This document shows, in pieces, positions 1 through 10,900 of a stretch of DNA of 46,633 nucleotides. The position numbers were made by a program, and so were the translations under genes. The DNA is taken from positions 1 to 46,633 of the forward strand of contig CANQYX010000004.1 in assembly GCA_947628205.1 (NCBI GenBank), given 5' to 3'. The notes below the pieces were generated by a model, which was not told the DNA's origin, did not search any database, and saw only the letters and a program-made list of their open reading frames with translations. This DNA is from an uncultured Clostridia bacterium (GTDB lineage Bacteria > Bacillota > Clostridia > Christensenellales > UBA1242). Positions within the stretch are counted from its first letter, which is position 1; each line of letters begins with the position of its first letter.

Positions 1-49
1 AGATTTCTTGTGGGCTACAAAAAGAGGGTTATACCCTCTCCATGAAAAA

Positions 50-74
50 CCACCAGCTAAGCTGGTGGATTTTT
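50..74 (+). terminator. Rho-independent terminator hairpin of an upstream gene outside the window
   Basis: ccaccagc-taa-gctggtgg 8-bp stem followed by atttttatt. An A-run precedes it, so it could work on both strands. Confidence 0.6.
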
Positions 75-141
75 ATTGCCAATTGCCATTTTTAACATAA
101 AAACATTTTTTTTCATAAAAAATGATGTTTAAGAGGTAAAT

Positions 142-1197
142 ATGGCAATTGCTAGTAATTTTTTAATAGGCGCAAACGACGAACACGGGCTTAATCCGCC
201 CACCGCGGGCAAGCGCACGCCCGTGCTGCCGTATATTAACCGCAGTTTTTATGAAAACGAGTTTAATTCTAAGGCTAAATTGCAGTTTATTTTGGCGTGT
301 TTAAGATGCGGTTTTAGGGTTTATGATTTAAAACCTGAGGTTCAAGATGTTTCAATTTCAAATCGCGTTACACGTGCGCGCAGGGCAGGCATAAATTTGC
401 TTGTAACTTTTGCATATAATGCGGCAGGAAATGCAAACGTTTTTAGTTCGGCGCAGGGGCTGGAAGTGTATTATAGCCCATACAATCCGTTTGCAACGCA
501 AAGCCAAAGGCTGAGCGAGGATGTGTATCAAGAAATTTTAAACAACACGGGCAGAACGGGCAGGTTTGTGGGCAGATTGTCGGTGGGTGTGCTGTCTAAT
601 GTAAATTGCCCGTCCACGCTTATTGAGGCAGGGTTTATGACCAATTTTAACGAGGCAAAATTGATGTTAAACCCTAACTTTATTTTGCAAAATGGCGAGG
701 GTGCGTGCGAGGGAGTGTGCAAATATTTAGATGTAAACTATGTTGCGCGCGAGTTAGCAAACTACCCAACAATTAGGCGTGGCTCAAACGGCAATTTTGT
801 TACAATTTTGCAATATTTATTAAATCAATATGGCTTTAATTTGTCCACCGATGGAGTTTTTGGAGCGAACACAGAAAACGCGGTTAAACAGTTTCAAACT
901 AACAACAATTTAGTTGCCGATGGAATTGTTGGCAGAAACACATGGAACGCGCTTTTAAATTTAAACCCCACCGCCAACACGTTAAGGCGCGGTAGCAGAA
1001 ATTCAGCTGTGCTTTATTTGCAACAACTATTGCTATCCTACCTTTATCCAATTACAAATTTAGACGGCATTTTTGGCGGTGAGACCGAACGCGCGGTTGT
1101 GGCTTTTCAAACAGAAAATGGGCTGACCGCAGATGGAATTGTGGGTGCAAACACTTGGCGTGCCTTGTTAAACAGCAACGGGCGGCCGCAGAGGTAG
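142..1197 (+). CDS. N-acetylmuramoyl-L-alanine amidase family (Amidase_3-like) with two or three C-terminal PG_binding_1 repeats
   Basis: N-terminal half follows the Amidase_3 layout (..NDEHGLNPP.., ..LLVTFAYNAAG.., ..GLEVYYS.., ..STLIEAGFMTNFNE..). The C-terminal half carries repeats of DG(I/V)FG..TE.AV..FQ....L.ADGIVG.NTW.ALL. RBS aagaggtaaat lies before the ATG. The position aligned by eye to the second zinc-ligand His reads Tyr (FAYNA). Confidence 0.65.
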   Translation: MAIASNFLIGANDEHGLNPPTAGKRTPVLPYINRSFYENEFNSKAKLQFILACLRCGFRVYDLKPEVQDVSISNRVTRARRAGINLLVTFAYNAAGNANVFSSAQGLEVYYSPYNPFATQSQRLSEDVYQEILNNTGRTGRFVGRLSVGVLSNVNCPSTLIEAGFMTNFNEAKLMLNPNFILQNGEGACEGVCKYLDVNYVARELANYPTIRRGSNGNFVTILQYLLNQYGFNLSTDGVFGANTENAVKQFQTNNNLVADGIVGRNTWNALLNLNPTANTLRRGSRNSAVLYLQQLLLSYLYPITNLDGIFGGETERAVVAFQTENGLTADGIVGANTWRALLNSNGRPQR

Positions 1198-1384
1198 GGC
1201 GATATGAAAATGTTAATGATGTTTATGCTTGCAAAAACAACCACTTTGGTTTTGTTTATGGGTTGCAAAAAATTAATAAAAAACCATATCAATTTAAAAT
1301 AAAACTGCCAAAAAACGCAAAAAACGCGCAATATATGAACATTTTTGTGTGTTTTTTTATATTTTTTAGTCAAGCATCTATTCA

Positions 1385-1882
1385 ATGAAAAAAATCGTGT
1401 GCGTTATCGTTGCATTGTTGTTCGTGTTTGGCTTGGCGGTGGTTATGCCATCAAAGCCAGATGTGGATTTTTTGTGTTTGCAAATTTACGCCAACAGCGA
1501 CACCGCACTTGACCAAGGAATTAAATATATAATAAAGAATGAACTAGTTGAATATTTAACACCCTGCCTTAAAGCTAGCAAAGACAAAACTGAAGCAATA
1601 AAAACCGTTAACAACAACACGGCAAACATGGCAAACCTTTGCAAAAAGATTTTAAAAGAAAACAATTTAAAATATGACGTGCAAATTAAATTAAAAAATG
1701 TGCATTTAAATGAACAAGAAAATTTAAAAGCAGGAGCTTACGATTCAATTGTTGTTGAACTGGGCAGGGCGGAAGGCAAAACGGAAGATTGCGTAATTTA
1801 TCCACCTTTAAAAATAAACGCCAATAAAAATGTTAAATTTAAATCTAAAATACAAAATTGGGTTAAATCTATTTTTAAATAA
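1385..1882 (+). CDS. spoIIR: Stage II sporulation protein R-like (SpoIIR family)
   Basis: Signal/TM N-terminus. LQIYANSDTALDQGIKYIIKNELVEYL matches the SpoIIR motif (R..ANSDS..DQ.LK..vRD.vL). AGAYDSIVVELGRAEGKTEDCVIYPPL matches the G.Y.A..I.lG.G.G.NWWCV.FPPL block, with NWWC diverged. No obvious RBS. Confidence 0.6.
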   Translation: MKKIVCVIVALLFVFGLAVVMPSKPDVDFLCLQIYANSDTALDQGIKYIIKNELVEYLTPCLKASKDKTEAIKTVNNNTANMANLCKKILKENNLKYDVQIKLKNVHLNEQENLKAGAYDSIVVELGRAEGKTEDCVIYPPLKINANKNVKFKSKIQNWVKSIFK

Positions 1883-2005
1883 AAAAATATAGGCAAAAAA
1901 ATATTAAAAAAATTTTAAAAATTAATAAATAATTTTAAAAATATTAAAAAAAATAATAAAAAATACATTAAAAATGTGTTTTTAAATTAATTTTTGGAGA
2001 TTTTT

Positions 2006-2707
2006 ATGAAAAAGTTGCCTATTTTTATTGTTTTATTTATGTTTGGCGTTTTGATTTTTGGCGGAGCATTTTTTGTTAGAACCAACTCAAACAATAACCC
2101 AATTGCCGCACCAACAATTGCTAATATTGATGAGGTTTATGCTGCAACAGCCAACACAAGGGAGGTGCAAACCCGATTAAAAAAATGGGGATATTACACG
2201 GGCGCGGTGGACGGCATAAATGGCCCTCAAACAAAAGCCGCTGTTAAAAAATTTCAAAAGCGATATGGTCTTACGCAGGATGGCATTGTCGGGCCGCTAA
2301 CCGCGGCAAAAATGGGGCTTAGTGTAAGCAGCGCAAAAAGTTCATCCAATTACAACAGCAACGATAGATATTTGCTTGCCAAAGTTATCTACGCCGAAGC
2401 GCGTGGCGAAAGTTATACCGGACAAGTTGCCATTGGCGCGGTTGTTTTAAACAGGGTTAGAGATAGCCGCTTTCCAAACACTGTTGCAGGCGTGGTTTAT
2501 CAGCCATGGGCGTTTACTGCGGTAAACGATGGGCAAATAAACTTAGAACCAAACCAAACTGCCTATCAAGCAGCCGATGATGCTTTAAATGGCTGGGACC
2601 CAACCTATGGCTCGGTGTATTATTACAACCCAAAAACCGCAACTAGTTCATGGATACGTTCTACAAAATATGTAACACAAATTGGAAATCATATTTTTGC
2701 CGTTTAA
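2006..2707 (+). CDS. sleB: Spore cortex-lytic enzyme SleB (PG_binding_1 plus Hydrolase_2/SleB domain)
   Basis: Signal peptide, then the PG-binding motif GINGPQTKAAVKKFQKRYGLTQDGIVGPLT. Catalytic-domain block LLAKVIYAEARGESYTGQVAIGAVVLNRVRDSRFPNTVAGVVYQPWAFTAV. I start at ATG 2006 (RBS ggaga at 1996-2000) rather than the TTG at 1994 given by the ORF track. Confidence 0.85.
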   Translation: MKKLPIFIVLFMFGVLIFGGAFFVRTNSNNNPIAAPTIANIDEVYAATANTREVQTRLKKWGYYTGAVDGINGPQTKAAVKKFQKRYGLTQDGIVGPLTAAKMGLSVSSAKSSSNYNSNDRYLLAKVIYAEARGESYTGQVAIGAVVLNRVRDSRFPNTVAGVVYQPWAFTAVNDGQINLEPNQTAYQAADDALNGWDPTYGSVYYYNPKTATSSWIRSTKYVTQIGNHIFAV

Positions 2708-2708
2708 A

Positions 2709-2967
2709 GGCACTCGGTTGGTTAGGTTCACTTAACGCGGGCACTCCTAATCCCGCTAAGTCGTTCACCTAACCAACCTCGCGCCCAAGCAAATAAGGTT
2801 GAAATTTAATAATGAGGCGTTTGGTTGCTTGGTTCACTTAACGGTGGGGCAAAATCTTAGCCCCACTTCAAACGAGTTTTTGTGGGGACCCCGTTCCGCT
2901 AAAACGTTCGGCCAACCAACCTCGCGCCCTGGCAAATAAGGTTGGGATTAATGAGGTGCTTGGTTGT
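2709..2967 (+). repeat. Tandem pair of about 92-nt long-hairpin elements (family L). The second copy carries a nested G-family hairpin (2844-2893).
   Basis: Copy 1 spans 2709-2801 and copy 2 spans 2816-2967. Shared ends are ggc(a/g)(c/t)t(c/t)ggttg... and ...aaccaacctcgcgcc(c)(a/t)(a/g)gcaaataaggttg. Perfect 11-bp arms ggttggttagg (2716-2726) / cctaaccaacc (2768-2778). Homologous to 17096-17327 in the opposite orientation. Confidence 0.85.
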
Positions 2968-3232
2968 TGAATTGATGAACATTAAAAAAAATAAAAATTA
3001 AAAGTTAAAAATTATAAATAATAAATTGTAAATAATAAATTGTAAAAAGTTAAAAATTAAAAATATAAAAAACAATTAAAAAAAATAAAAAAAGTAAAAA
3101 AGTAAAAAACTAAAAAATAAACTCGTAAAAAAATAAAAAATTATAAAAAATAATAAAAATTTTATAAAAAATCATTAAAAATATAAAAAAATTAGCAAAA
3201 AATAAAAATTTTTAATAAAAAAGGAGAAATTT

Positions 3233-4660
3233 ATGGCAAAATCAAAAATTAAAAGTGAAGATTTCAGCGACGAAAAAATCAATTCAAAATCTAATGTTAA
3301 TCAGGATAAACAAACCAAGAAAAAGAGCAATGCGCAAAAGGCAATACCAATTTTAACGGTGGTTATTGTTTCTCTTTTGGTGGTTTTAACTTGTGTTTTA
3401 ATTGCTTATTATCAAGTGTATAAATCCAACAAGCAAAACGCCAACATTTTGGAAGGGGTTTACACCGCCAGTTATTATTCTATGGTGGACAATGTTAACA
3501 ACCTTGCGGTGGATGTTTCTAAATATGGAACACTTTCTTCTAGGCAGGCAAAATTGCGCACCATTAATGACATGATGGGGGATTGCAATTATGTTTTGTC
3601 CGGACTTGGCACGCTTCCAATAAATCAAGAAAATGTGGTGGCTAGCACCAAATTTTTTAATCAAGTTTATGGCTTGTGCGAAGCTTACGCCACCATCCTT
3701 TCAAGCGGAAAAGATTTAACGAGCGAACAAGAGTTGATGTTTGATAAAATTGGCTTGGTTTTGGGCGAAATTAAAGCAAATTTAAATGAGCAAAACTATG
3801 GCATGTACGACACAAATTTTAATTTTGTTGACGCCGGCATTTTTGACAAAACGGGCATGAACGAACTATCTTCTAGCATGGGAGATATGACCAACATTGA
3901 ATATCCGGCAATGATATTTGATGGCCCGTTTTCTACCGCGTTAGAAACGCAGCAAGTTAAGGGTTTGGACGAAAAAGAAATAAGCCAAGAAGATGCGCAA
4001 AATTATCTTAAAAATAAGGTGTTTGCCAACAGAAAAAGCGAAATAAAATTTTTAAAACAAACAGACGGAAACATTTCAACTTACGATTTTGAAATTGTTT
4101 TAGAAACAAAAAAAGTTAATGCACAAGTAAGTAAAAAGGGTGGCTTGTTAATAACGCTAAGCAGTTACGCCGAGGCGGGCGATGCAATTATGGACGGCGA
4201 AAGAGCCAAGCAAATGGCAGAAAATTTTGCCAATAACATTGGGTTTGAAAATATGCGCACCGTTTGGTTAGAGATTCATGAAAATGTGGCATATATCAAC
4301 CTTGCGTCCGTGGTTAACGATGTAATTTATTACCCAGATATGGTTAAAATAAAAGTGGATTTAACCGCGCAGGATATTATTGGGGTTGAGGCCTTGAATT
4401 ATGCATATAACCATGTTGAACGCGAACCTGAATTTAGTTTAGGCGAAAATGAGGCAGAGAGCATGCTTGGGTTTGATTACGAAATTTTAAAAACCAGCAA
4501 GGCAGTTATCCGTTTGGATAGCGGCAAAGAAATTAGTGCTTACGAATTTTTTGTGGAAAGGATGGATGGAACATATTTCTATTACATTGACGCTAACACA
4601 AAAGAAATTGCCAAGGTTATGAAATTGGTTTCGGTTAAAGGTGTTCAAAAATTAATATAA
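3233..4660 (+). CDS. ypeB: Germination protein YpeB (SleB partner; N-terminal TM, C-terminal PepSY-like region)
   Basis: TM helix PILTVVIVSLLVVLTCVLIAYY, followed by LEGVYTASYYSMVDNVNNL...LGTLP, which parallels the B. subtilis YpeB N-terminal region. C-terminal SAYEFFVERMDGTYFYYIDANTKEIAKVMKL parallels the YpeB end. Lies downstream of sleB. RBS aaggaga. Confidence 0.75.
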   Translation: MAKSKIKSEDFSDEKINSKSNVNQDKQTKKKSNAQKAIPILTVVIVSLLVVLTCVLIAYYQVYKSNKQNANILEGVYTASYYSMVDNVNNLAVDVSKYGTLSSRQAKLRTINDMMGDCNYVLSGLGTLPINQENVVASTKFFNQVYGLCEAYATILSSGKDLTSEQELMFDKIGLVLGEIKANLNEQNYGMYDTNFNFVDAGIFDKTGMNELSSSMGDMTNIEYPAMIFDGPFSTALETQQVKGLDEKEISQEDAQNYLKNKVFANRKSEIKFLKQTDGNISTYDFEIVLETKKVNAQVSKKGGLLITLSSYAEAGDAIMDGERAKQMAENFANNIGFENMRTVWLEIHENVAYINLASVVNDVIYYPDMVKIKVDLTAQDIIGVEALNYAYNHVEREPEFSLGENEAESMLGFDYEILKTSKAVIRLDSGKEISAYEFFVERMDGTYFYYIDANTKEIAKVMKLVSVKGVQKLI

Positions 4661-4667
4661 TTTAAAA

Positions 4668-4704
4668 AATTGCGCAAAAAAATTAAAAAATGCGCAATTT
4701 TTTG
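4668..4704 (+). terminator. Terminator after ypeB
   Basis: aattgcgca (4668-4676) pairs with tgcgcaatt (4691-4699) around a 14-nt A-rich loop, then a T-run. Confidence 0.55.
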
Positions 4705-4938
4705 TTAATTTTTTAAAATTTTTGATAATTTTTATAAATTTTATATATTTTTTATCCTTTATTTTTTTAAATAAAAATTAAAATATTTTTTTGTAATTAA
4801 TTGCAATTTAATTGTGTTTAAAATCGAATTTTAGTATAATTTTTTTATATTTATATAAAAACGCCGTTTTTAATTTTAAAGCTTTTGTCAATTATTTAAT
4901 ATTTTTGGCACAATTTGAGATAATAAAAGGGGAAGCAA

Positions 4939-7900
4939 ATGAAGGGGAAATTTAAAGTTTTATTTAATGTGGTTTTGTGCTTTACCGCAATTCTGCTTGC
5001 TGGCATCTGCGTGTTTGCCGGTGTTGGAAAGAAGGGGTGCGTAGCACAAGCATTTGGCGAGGCCACAGAAGATTATTCGCTTTGGGATAAAAACACCAAT
5101 GCAATTTTTTCCGTTGAAAAAGTTGCAATTGAGGCTGGGGAAAATTTAACCGAAACTAAAGATTTTTGTAGCCCTCTTTACACCAACACAAATTTGAGTG
5201 ATGATAATGTGCTTAAAAAAATGTATTCTTACAACTTCGCAAACAGTGGCCAAACGCCAACCAATGTGGGCGAGCTTGAAAGGGCAAGTGCGGTTTATTA
5301 TGACGATATTCGAGATGGCACATCTAGAAAAACTGTTGTTCACGACAATGACTTTGTTATGTTGAATAACCGCCCCGATTCTCAAGGGAAATATTATTAC
5401 AGCGAAAATTTAACTTCTAGTTATAAAAACGGCGAAGGCAATGCCAAAATGGTTTACATGCAAGAGGCAATTATGGTCTCTTTTGGCAACTATTTTAGCT
5501 ATACATATTTGGATGAAGAAGGAAACACCGCCGAGGGCTTTGACAAGGCCGGGCAGGTTGAATACACCGATGTTAATGACGACCGAGTTGAAAAGTTCAA
5601 TTCGGGTGCAAACATAGAGTGGATGCGCGTTAGCGCAACTCGCGTTAGAACAGGCAGCCAAACGGTGGAAACTTTAACCGTTCCCGGCTCTCGAACATAT
5701 CAGAACGGGCGCGGACTGCAAAAACAAGATTTTGTTTGGATTATTCCGCAAACAGAAGGGTGCGAAGGGTATTATGAAATTAATGTAAACTTTTCTTACA
5801 ATGGCTTAACAAATGGCTTTACTTTTGGGTTTTACATAGTTTTAGGCAGTTCGTATAATCAGACATTGACGGACAACATGCACAACGATTATTCTGCCTA
5901 TCCATCGCTTAAAAACGCCAGCGCAGTTAACGGAGTGAACCATTTCTATTTGGGTGAAATGGATTTAACTAACAACAATTACCCAACTTTAAGTTACGAT
6001 GTAACAAAATATGCTTTGGATTATGTGCGTGTGGCAAATGGTGTGTCCACTTCGTTTAGTTTTAACAATGTGGAAGATAATGGCAATATGCGTTTGCAAT
6101 CAACCAAAACAACCCCTTCACAAACATATAATTACGATTATCCTATTGGCAAAGTTGGCACAAAGGGCAACATCGCGGTTGTGGTGTTTACCGAGATTGG
6201 CGATTATTCAATTCATTTTAGATATAAATATAACAATGAGATTGCGCCAAACATGAATTTGCAAATTGCAGATATTCAACTTTCAATTCATGGCTTTGAA
6301 CTTAAATACGCAAAGGCAGGTTTCAACGAGGCAGAAATGCGCCATTTAACCTTTGCCAACAACGAAAATGCCAGCACGGCAGAAATGGGCGTGGGCGTGG
6401 TTGTGCCAGATGGTTATAGAAGCGAACAAGAAAGCTCAATTTTGGAAACCGAGTTGGGGGTTATTTACGATTTTGATAGAAACAGCACAAGCGAGGTTGG
6501 TTCGCTTGTAAAACTTGAAAGTGCGTGTGTCGCCGCCAACTCTAACAATTTAACGGTTGATGAATATGTTGACGAAGAACAAGAAACTGGCTTTAACATT
6601 GATTTTGCCAAAACCAATCAAGGTTCGCTTTGGTTTGTGTCTACCGACTCTTTTGTGCAAAGAGCGGGCGAAGAACAGGGCAGTTTTTATTACTACGGGC
6701 AAAATTTAAAAGAGTTAAAATCCGCCGAAATTCAGCCATATTCCAACATTGTTTCGTTTAACCAAACGGGTTACTATTTGGTGTTTATAAAAGTGAACGC
6801 GCAGGGCGTTAACAAAAATTATTATTCAGTTTATGCCTTTAATTACACAGCGGACACCGTTACCGTGCACACCGAAAAAGTGGACGGCGAAAAAACCGTG
6901 TCGATTGCCTCGGACGCGTACACAAACAAAAGTGTTAAAATTTGGTGGGAAGAGCCAGGCGTGTTTGAGCGCGAAATTAGCGTTAAATTTTTAAAAAGCA
7001 AAAACTTTGCGGTGGGCGACAGCCAAACTTTCCCTAGTTGGCAAGAGTTGGCGCTTTCTATTGACACGCAAGGAACAACATTGCAAAACGGGCAAATTGT
7101 TGGCGGGCAAGATGGGCTTGGCGCGGTTGAAAACGGAACAAGTGCAATATTTTTAATTAAGCTTCAAATGGTGGGCAAATCGGCAAGTTTTAGAACATTT
7201 ACTATTGATAAGCAACCAATTACTGGCGTGCAAGCTTATGCGGTTGAAACAAAAATTAATAGGCTGGGCAATGTTATTTATTCGCCAATTAAAAACCAAG
7301 ATGGTGCAAATGTTGCGCTGTTGAACGGAATAACAGATAGTTATGCAACGCTTAACTGGAACAGCAAAGAAAATGCCAGCGGCGCAAAAATTAGCGTTAG
7401 CTACACGCGCACCCCAATTTCGCCAACAAATGCTTACGATGTTAAAGAGATGAGTGGCTGGCTTACAACTAAATACACCTTGGGCAAAACGGTTGGTGAA
7501 ATAGACCTTGAAAAACCGGATTTAAACGGGGAGTTAAACTCGTCAAGCGTATTGTTTGAATCGGGCATATATTTGTTTACACTAACAGACGAGGCAGGCA
7601 ATAGTTGCAGATATTTGTTTGTTATTGACAAAACGGAAAATTATTTTAAAGTTACCGAACAAAACGGAAATTCGGCTTTTGTTACAAGGGATAGCTTGCT
7701 GTATACCGACCAAGTTACCGTAAAAGCCGGCCAATATAAAGCCATTGAATTGCCAAAAACTGGCAACGAAAAAAATGACGAATTGTTCGAGTTTATTTCG
7801 GCAATTGAAAAGCAAGATGGCAGTTTGGCAAGCCTAAATTATTATTCTCAATCTGGCACAAATTCGGGCGTGTTGGCTTCGCTGTTTAAACTTAATGGTT

Positions 7901-10900
7901 CTACCCACTATTTAACGGTTGAAAACAGAACGTTAAGCGTTTACAACAACCAAAGGGAATTGCAACACACGCTTAATGGCCCAACATTTAGTTATGATGT
8001 GTTGGCAAAGGGGTCGTCTAACGTTGAACAACTTTATTTAATTGGGGCAAACCAAATTACAACCAACAATCCGCTAAATTCAAACTCTTATTTGATTGTT
8101 GAAATAAACACCGACCATGCGCTTGGCATGGCATATTATGGCGCAAATGTAACAGCTTTAAGAAATTTTGCAAATTTAACCAACAGCGGCAGCAATGGCG
8201 CAACGCGGCTTTATTATGACAACAACGGAACATTAACTGGCTTAAACGCTGCACACGCAACGGGTGCAGATTATTTGGCATTTAGTTTTAAACTTGGCAC
8301 AAACACAAAATATGAAATTAAAACGGTTGGTTTAAAATATTATCAACTTGAATTATATAAAGATGTGCAAAACGAAAGTTTCTTAACCAATTTCTTTTAC
8401 GCTAACCAACCAAACAAAGAGATAACTTTGTACGATAAAGACAGCGAAATTCCAGATAGTTTGGTGCTTTCTAATGACGAAAATGCGCGTGCGGTTGCCA
8501 TCTTAAACGTGGTGGGCAACAAAACGGTTGAAGGGCTTTATGTTATTACAAGAGAATATGTTACCAACATAGAAGCGGAAGGCGAAAAGGACACCACACT
8601 ATTAGATTATTATTTCTTGGTTGATAGAAATGGCGTTATTGTTTTGTCTAACGAAATTGACGATAAATCTATAAACGGTGGCTACATTTCGCTTGGGCTA
8701 AAAAATAACGAAATTCCATATAGCAGTTTTACAACAATTGGCGTGCCTTCTGGCTCAATTAGATTTGTGGAAAACGGCGCCACGCGCGAAATTGATTATA
8801 ACGTTTATTTAACCACAAACCGCCTTCCTCTTGTTTTGAACGTTCCTTTTGGCAAATATTTCTATTCTAACGAATTTACAGTAAAACCAAACAGCGTTGC
8901 CAACATGCAAAATGGCACAAATTATTATGGCAGTGAATATTTTGCGGGCAGATTGTCGTTTGACTTATACTTTAATGATATTCAGGGGCAACTCTCAGAC
9001 ATAACAACCGTTCCCGTTCATCTGTTATATTCGGTTGAGGCAAGCGGGCAAAAAGGGTATATTTCATATAACATTAAACAGCAATTAACCAACACAGAAA
9101 TTAAAAATTGCTTTGTTGCTGGCGATGGCGAGTTTATTGCCCTTCCGGGTGACTACATTTTAGTTATTAAAGATAATGTTGAGGGCGTTAACAATGTTAA
9201 AGACCAAGCACACCAAAAAGTTATTGGCATAAGGGTAACCAGCAATCTGCCAAGCACTTCGTTGTATGCGTCAAAAAACAAAGACACAAATTCGGTTAAC
9301 GACCAACGCGAATTTGCCGATTCAAGCAACCATTACAAATTAACAACCAACAAAGAGTTTGTTGTAATTGACATGCAAAACTTGGAAGAGGAAATATTTA
9401 ACGGCACCAACATCGCCGCTGAATTAGATTTGGATTATTTGCAAATAACCCAAACTCGCGATGGGGCAAATGTAGAGTATGTAAATTACGACCACGGGCA
9501 TAAAAGCGGATTGATAAATATAGACGATAAAAGCGATTACGCCGAGCGCACCCAGCAGGGCAACAAAACTGTTAATCGTAAAATTTGGCTAAACACATAT
9601 TTAAGAGATGAAAATGGCAAGGTTATAACCAACTTCGACGAGTTGAAAAAAGAATTAAAATACACCATTAAAGTTAGATACAATGTTGTTCAGGACGACA
9701 CAAATTATAGCGATTATTATTATCATCGAGAAGAGGGACAAACCGTTCCTTCGTTTGAGCGAGAATATGTGGTTGAAATTGATAGGGTTCCGCCTCAAGC
9801 CAACACCATCAATTTGGTGGCGCAAGATAGTTTGGCAGCTTTTTACGCACAAGGTGACATGTTTGAAAACTATGTTGGCGGCTTTGATGGCAGCGAAGAA
9901 ACTGAGGATGGAATATATTTTGTTAGAACATATAAAGATTATTATTCTAGTTCAACCAAAGATAGTGCCAACCTTTATGCCTTGCATGTAAACGCCGAAA
10001 CGTTATTTTCGATGGACGATATTGGGCGAATATATACCCGCCCACTATCAGACAATTTGGCAAATTTGCGCTTAACAATTCCGGCGAATGTAAAGAGCGG
10101 AGAATATTCCGAATTCCCTTCCGCCGATAGTTATGGGGATTTTGGCTTTACTGTTGGCAATTATTATGAAATTGTGGAAAAAGATTTGGCAGGCAACTCA
10201 ACCCAATACATAGTGTTCTTTGATAGCGTTGCAAGGCAAGAAAAACTGAATATGACGCTAAAAGCCAAAATTGCCTCGGAAGGAATGGTGCAAGAAAATG
10301 CACAAATTTCGTTTAATTTTGGCGAAACGGAAAATAAAAGTTATACAATTTTCGACATTTCGTCCTGCTCAACTAACGCACCTAAGGATAAATTTTATAT
10401 ATTGATGTTGTATCGCGGTGGCGACAATATTAACACCATTAAAACGGATTTTAAAACGAGTTTTGATGATGACTTTTCAAAAAATATTGTTAAGTTTTTA
10501 ACTGAATTTGGGCCGGGTAACTACAATTTAGTTTTGCTTTCGGAAAACAATCGTGTAACCCACACTATAAATTACCTTGAAGCAATTAGCGAGCTTTTGT
10601 TAGACGGGCTTAAAAAGACAGAAAATGGGCTAGATTATTTGGATTTAGCAGGTGCAAACTATGAACAGTCATCTGGCATAACAATTTATGCTCAAACAAT
10701 AAGGGTGCAACAAAATGAGGTTGACATAACATACAATTGCAGGGTAGAAGACGGGCAATTTAATTATTACGACGAACTGGGCAATCACCCAATCAACAAC
10801 CGATTAACCGAAATTGAAGGAAAAACACTTTTGGGCAGATACCGCATTACCGTTACCGACATGTTTGGCAAAAAATATCCGGCAATTTATTTAACCTTTA

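Noticed and set aside
142-1197. Calling the amidase catalytically dead because a zinc-ligand His appears as Tyr (FAYNA)
   Set aside because: The alignment was done by eye and could be mis-registered by a few residues. It is noted in the feature evidence only, not raised as a finding.
1107-1388. ORFs 1107-1385 (minus strand) and 1155-1388 (plus strand) in the amidase-spoIIR spacer
   Set aside because: They overlap the amidase 3' end and A/T-rich spacer. The peptides are low-complexity and have no RBS. Only the separate 32-codon ORF at 1204 has a plausible start, and even that has low confidence.
2709-2801. A tRNA or other classical small RNA gene in the L element
   Set aside because: The element forms a single long imperfect hairpin. 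It has no cloverleaf, no T-loop or anticodon architecture, and no promoter. It occurs in tandem and in both orientations, like a repeat.
2985-3232. Possible CRISPR array or satellite in the periodic A-rich spacers
   Set aside because: There is no conserved repeat of 24-40 nt alternating with unique spacers. Only short degenerate A-tract words occur, plus one 14-mer tandem duplication. No cas genes are present.
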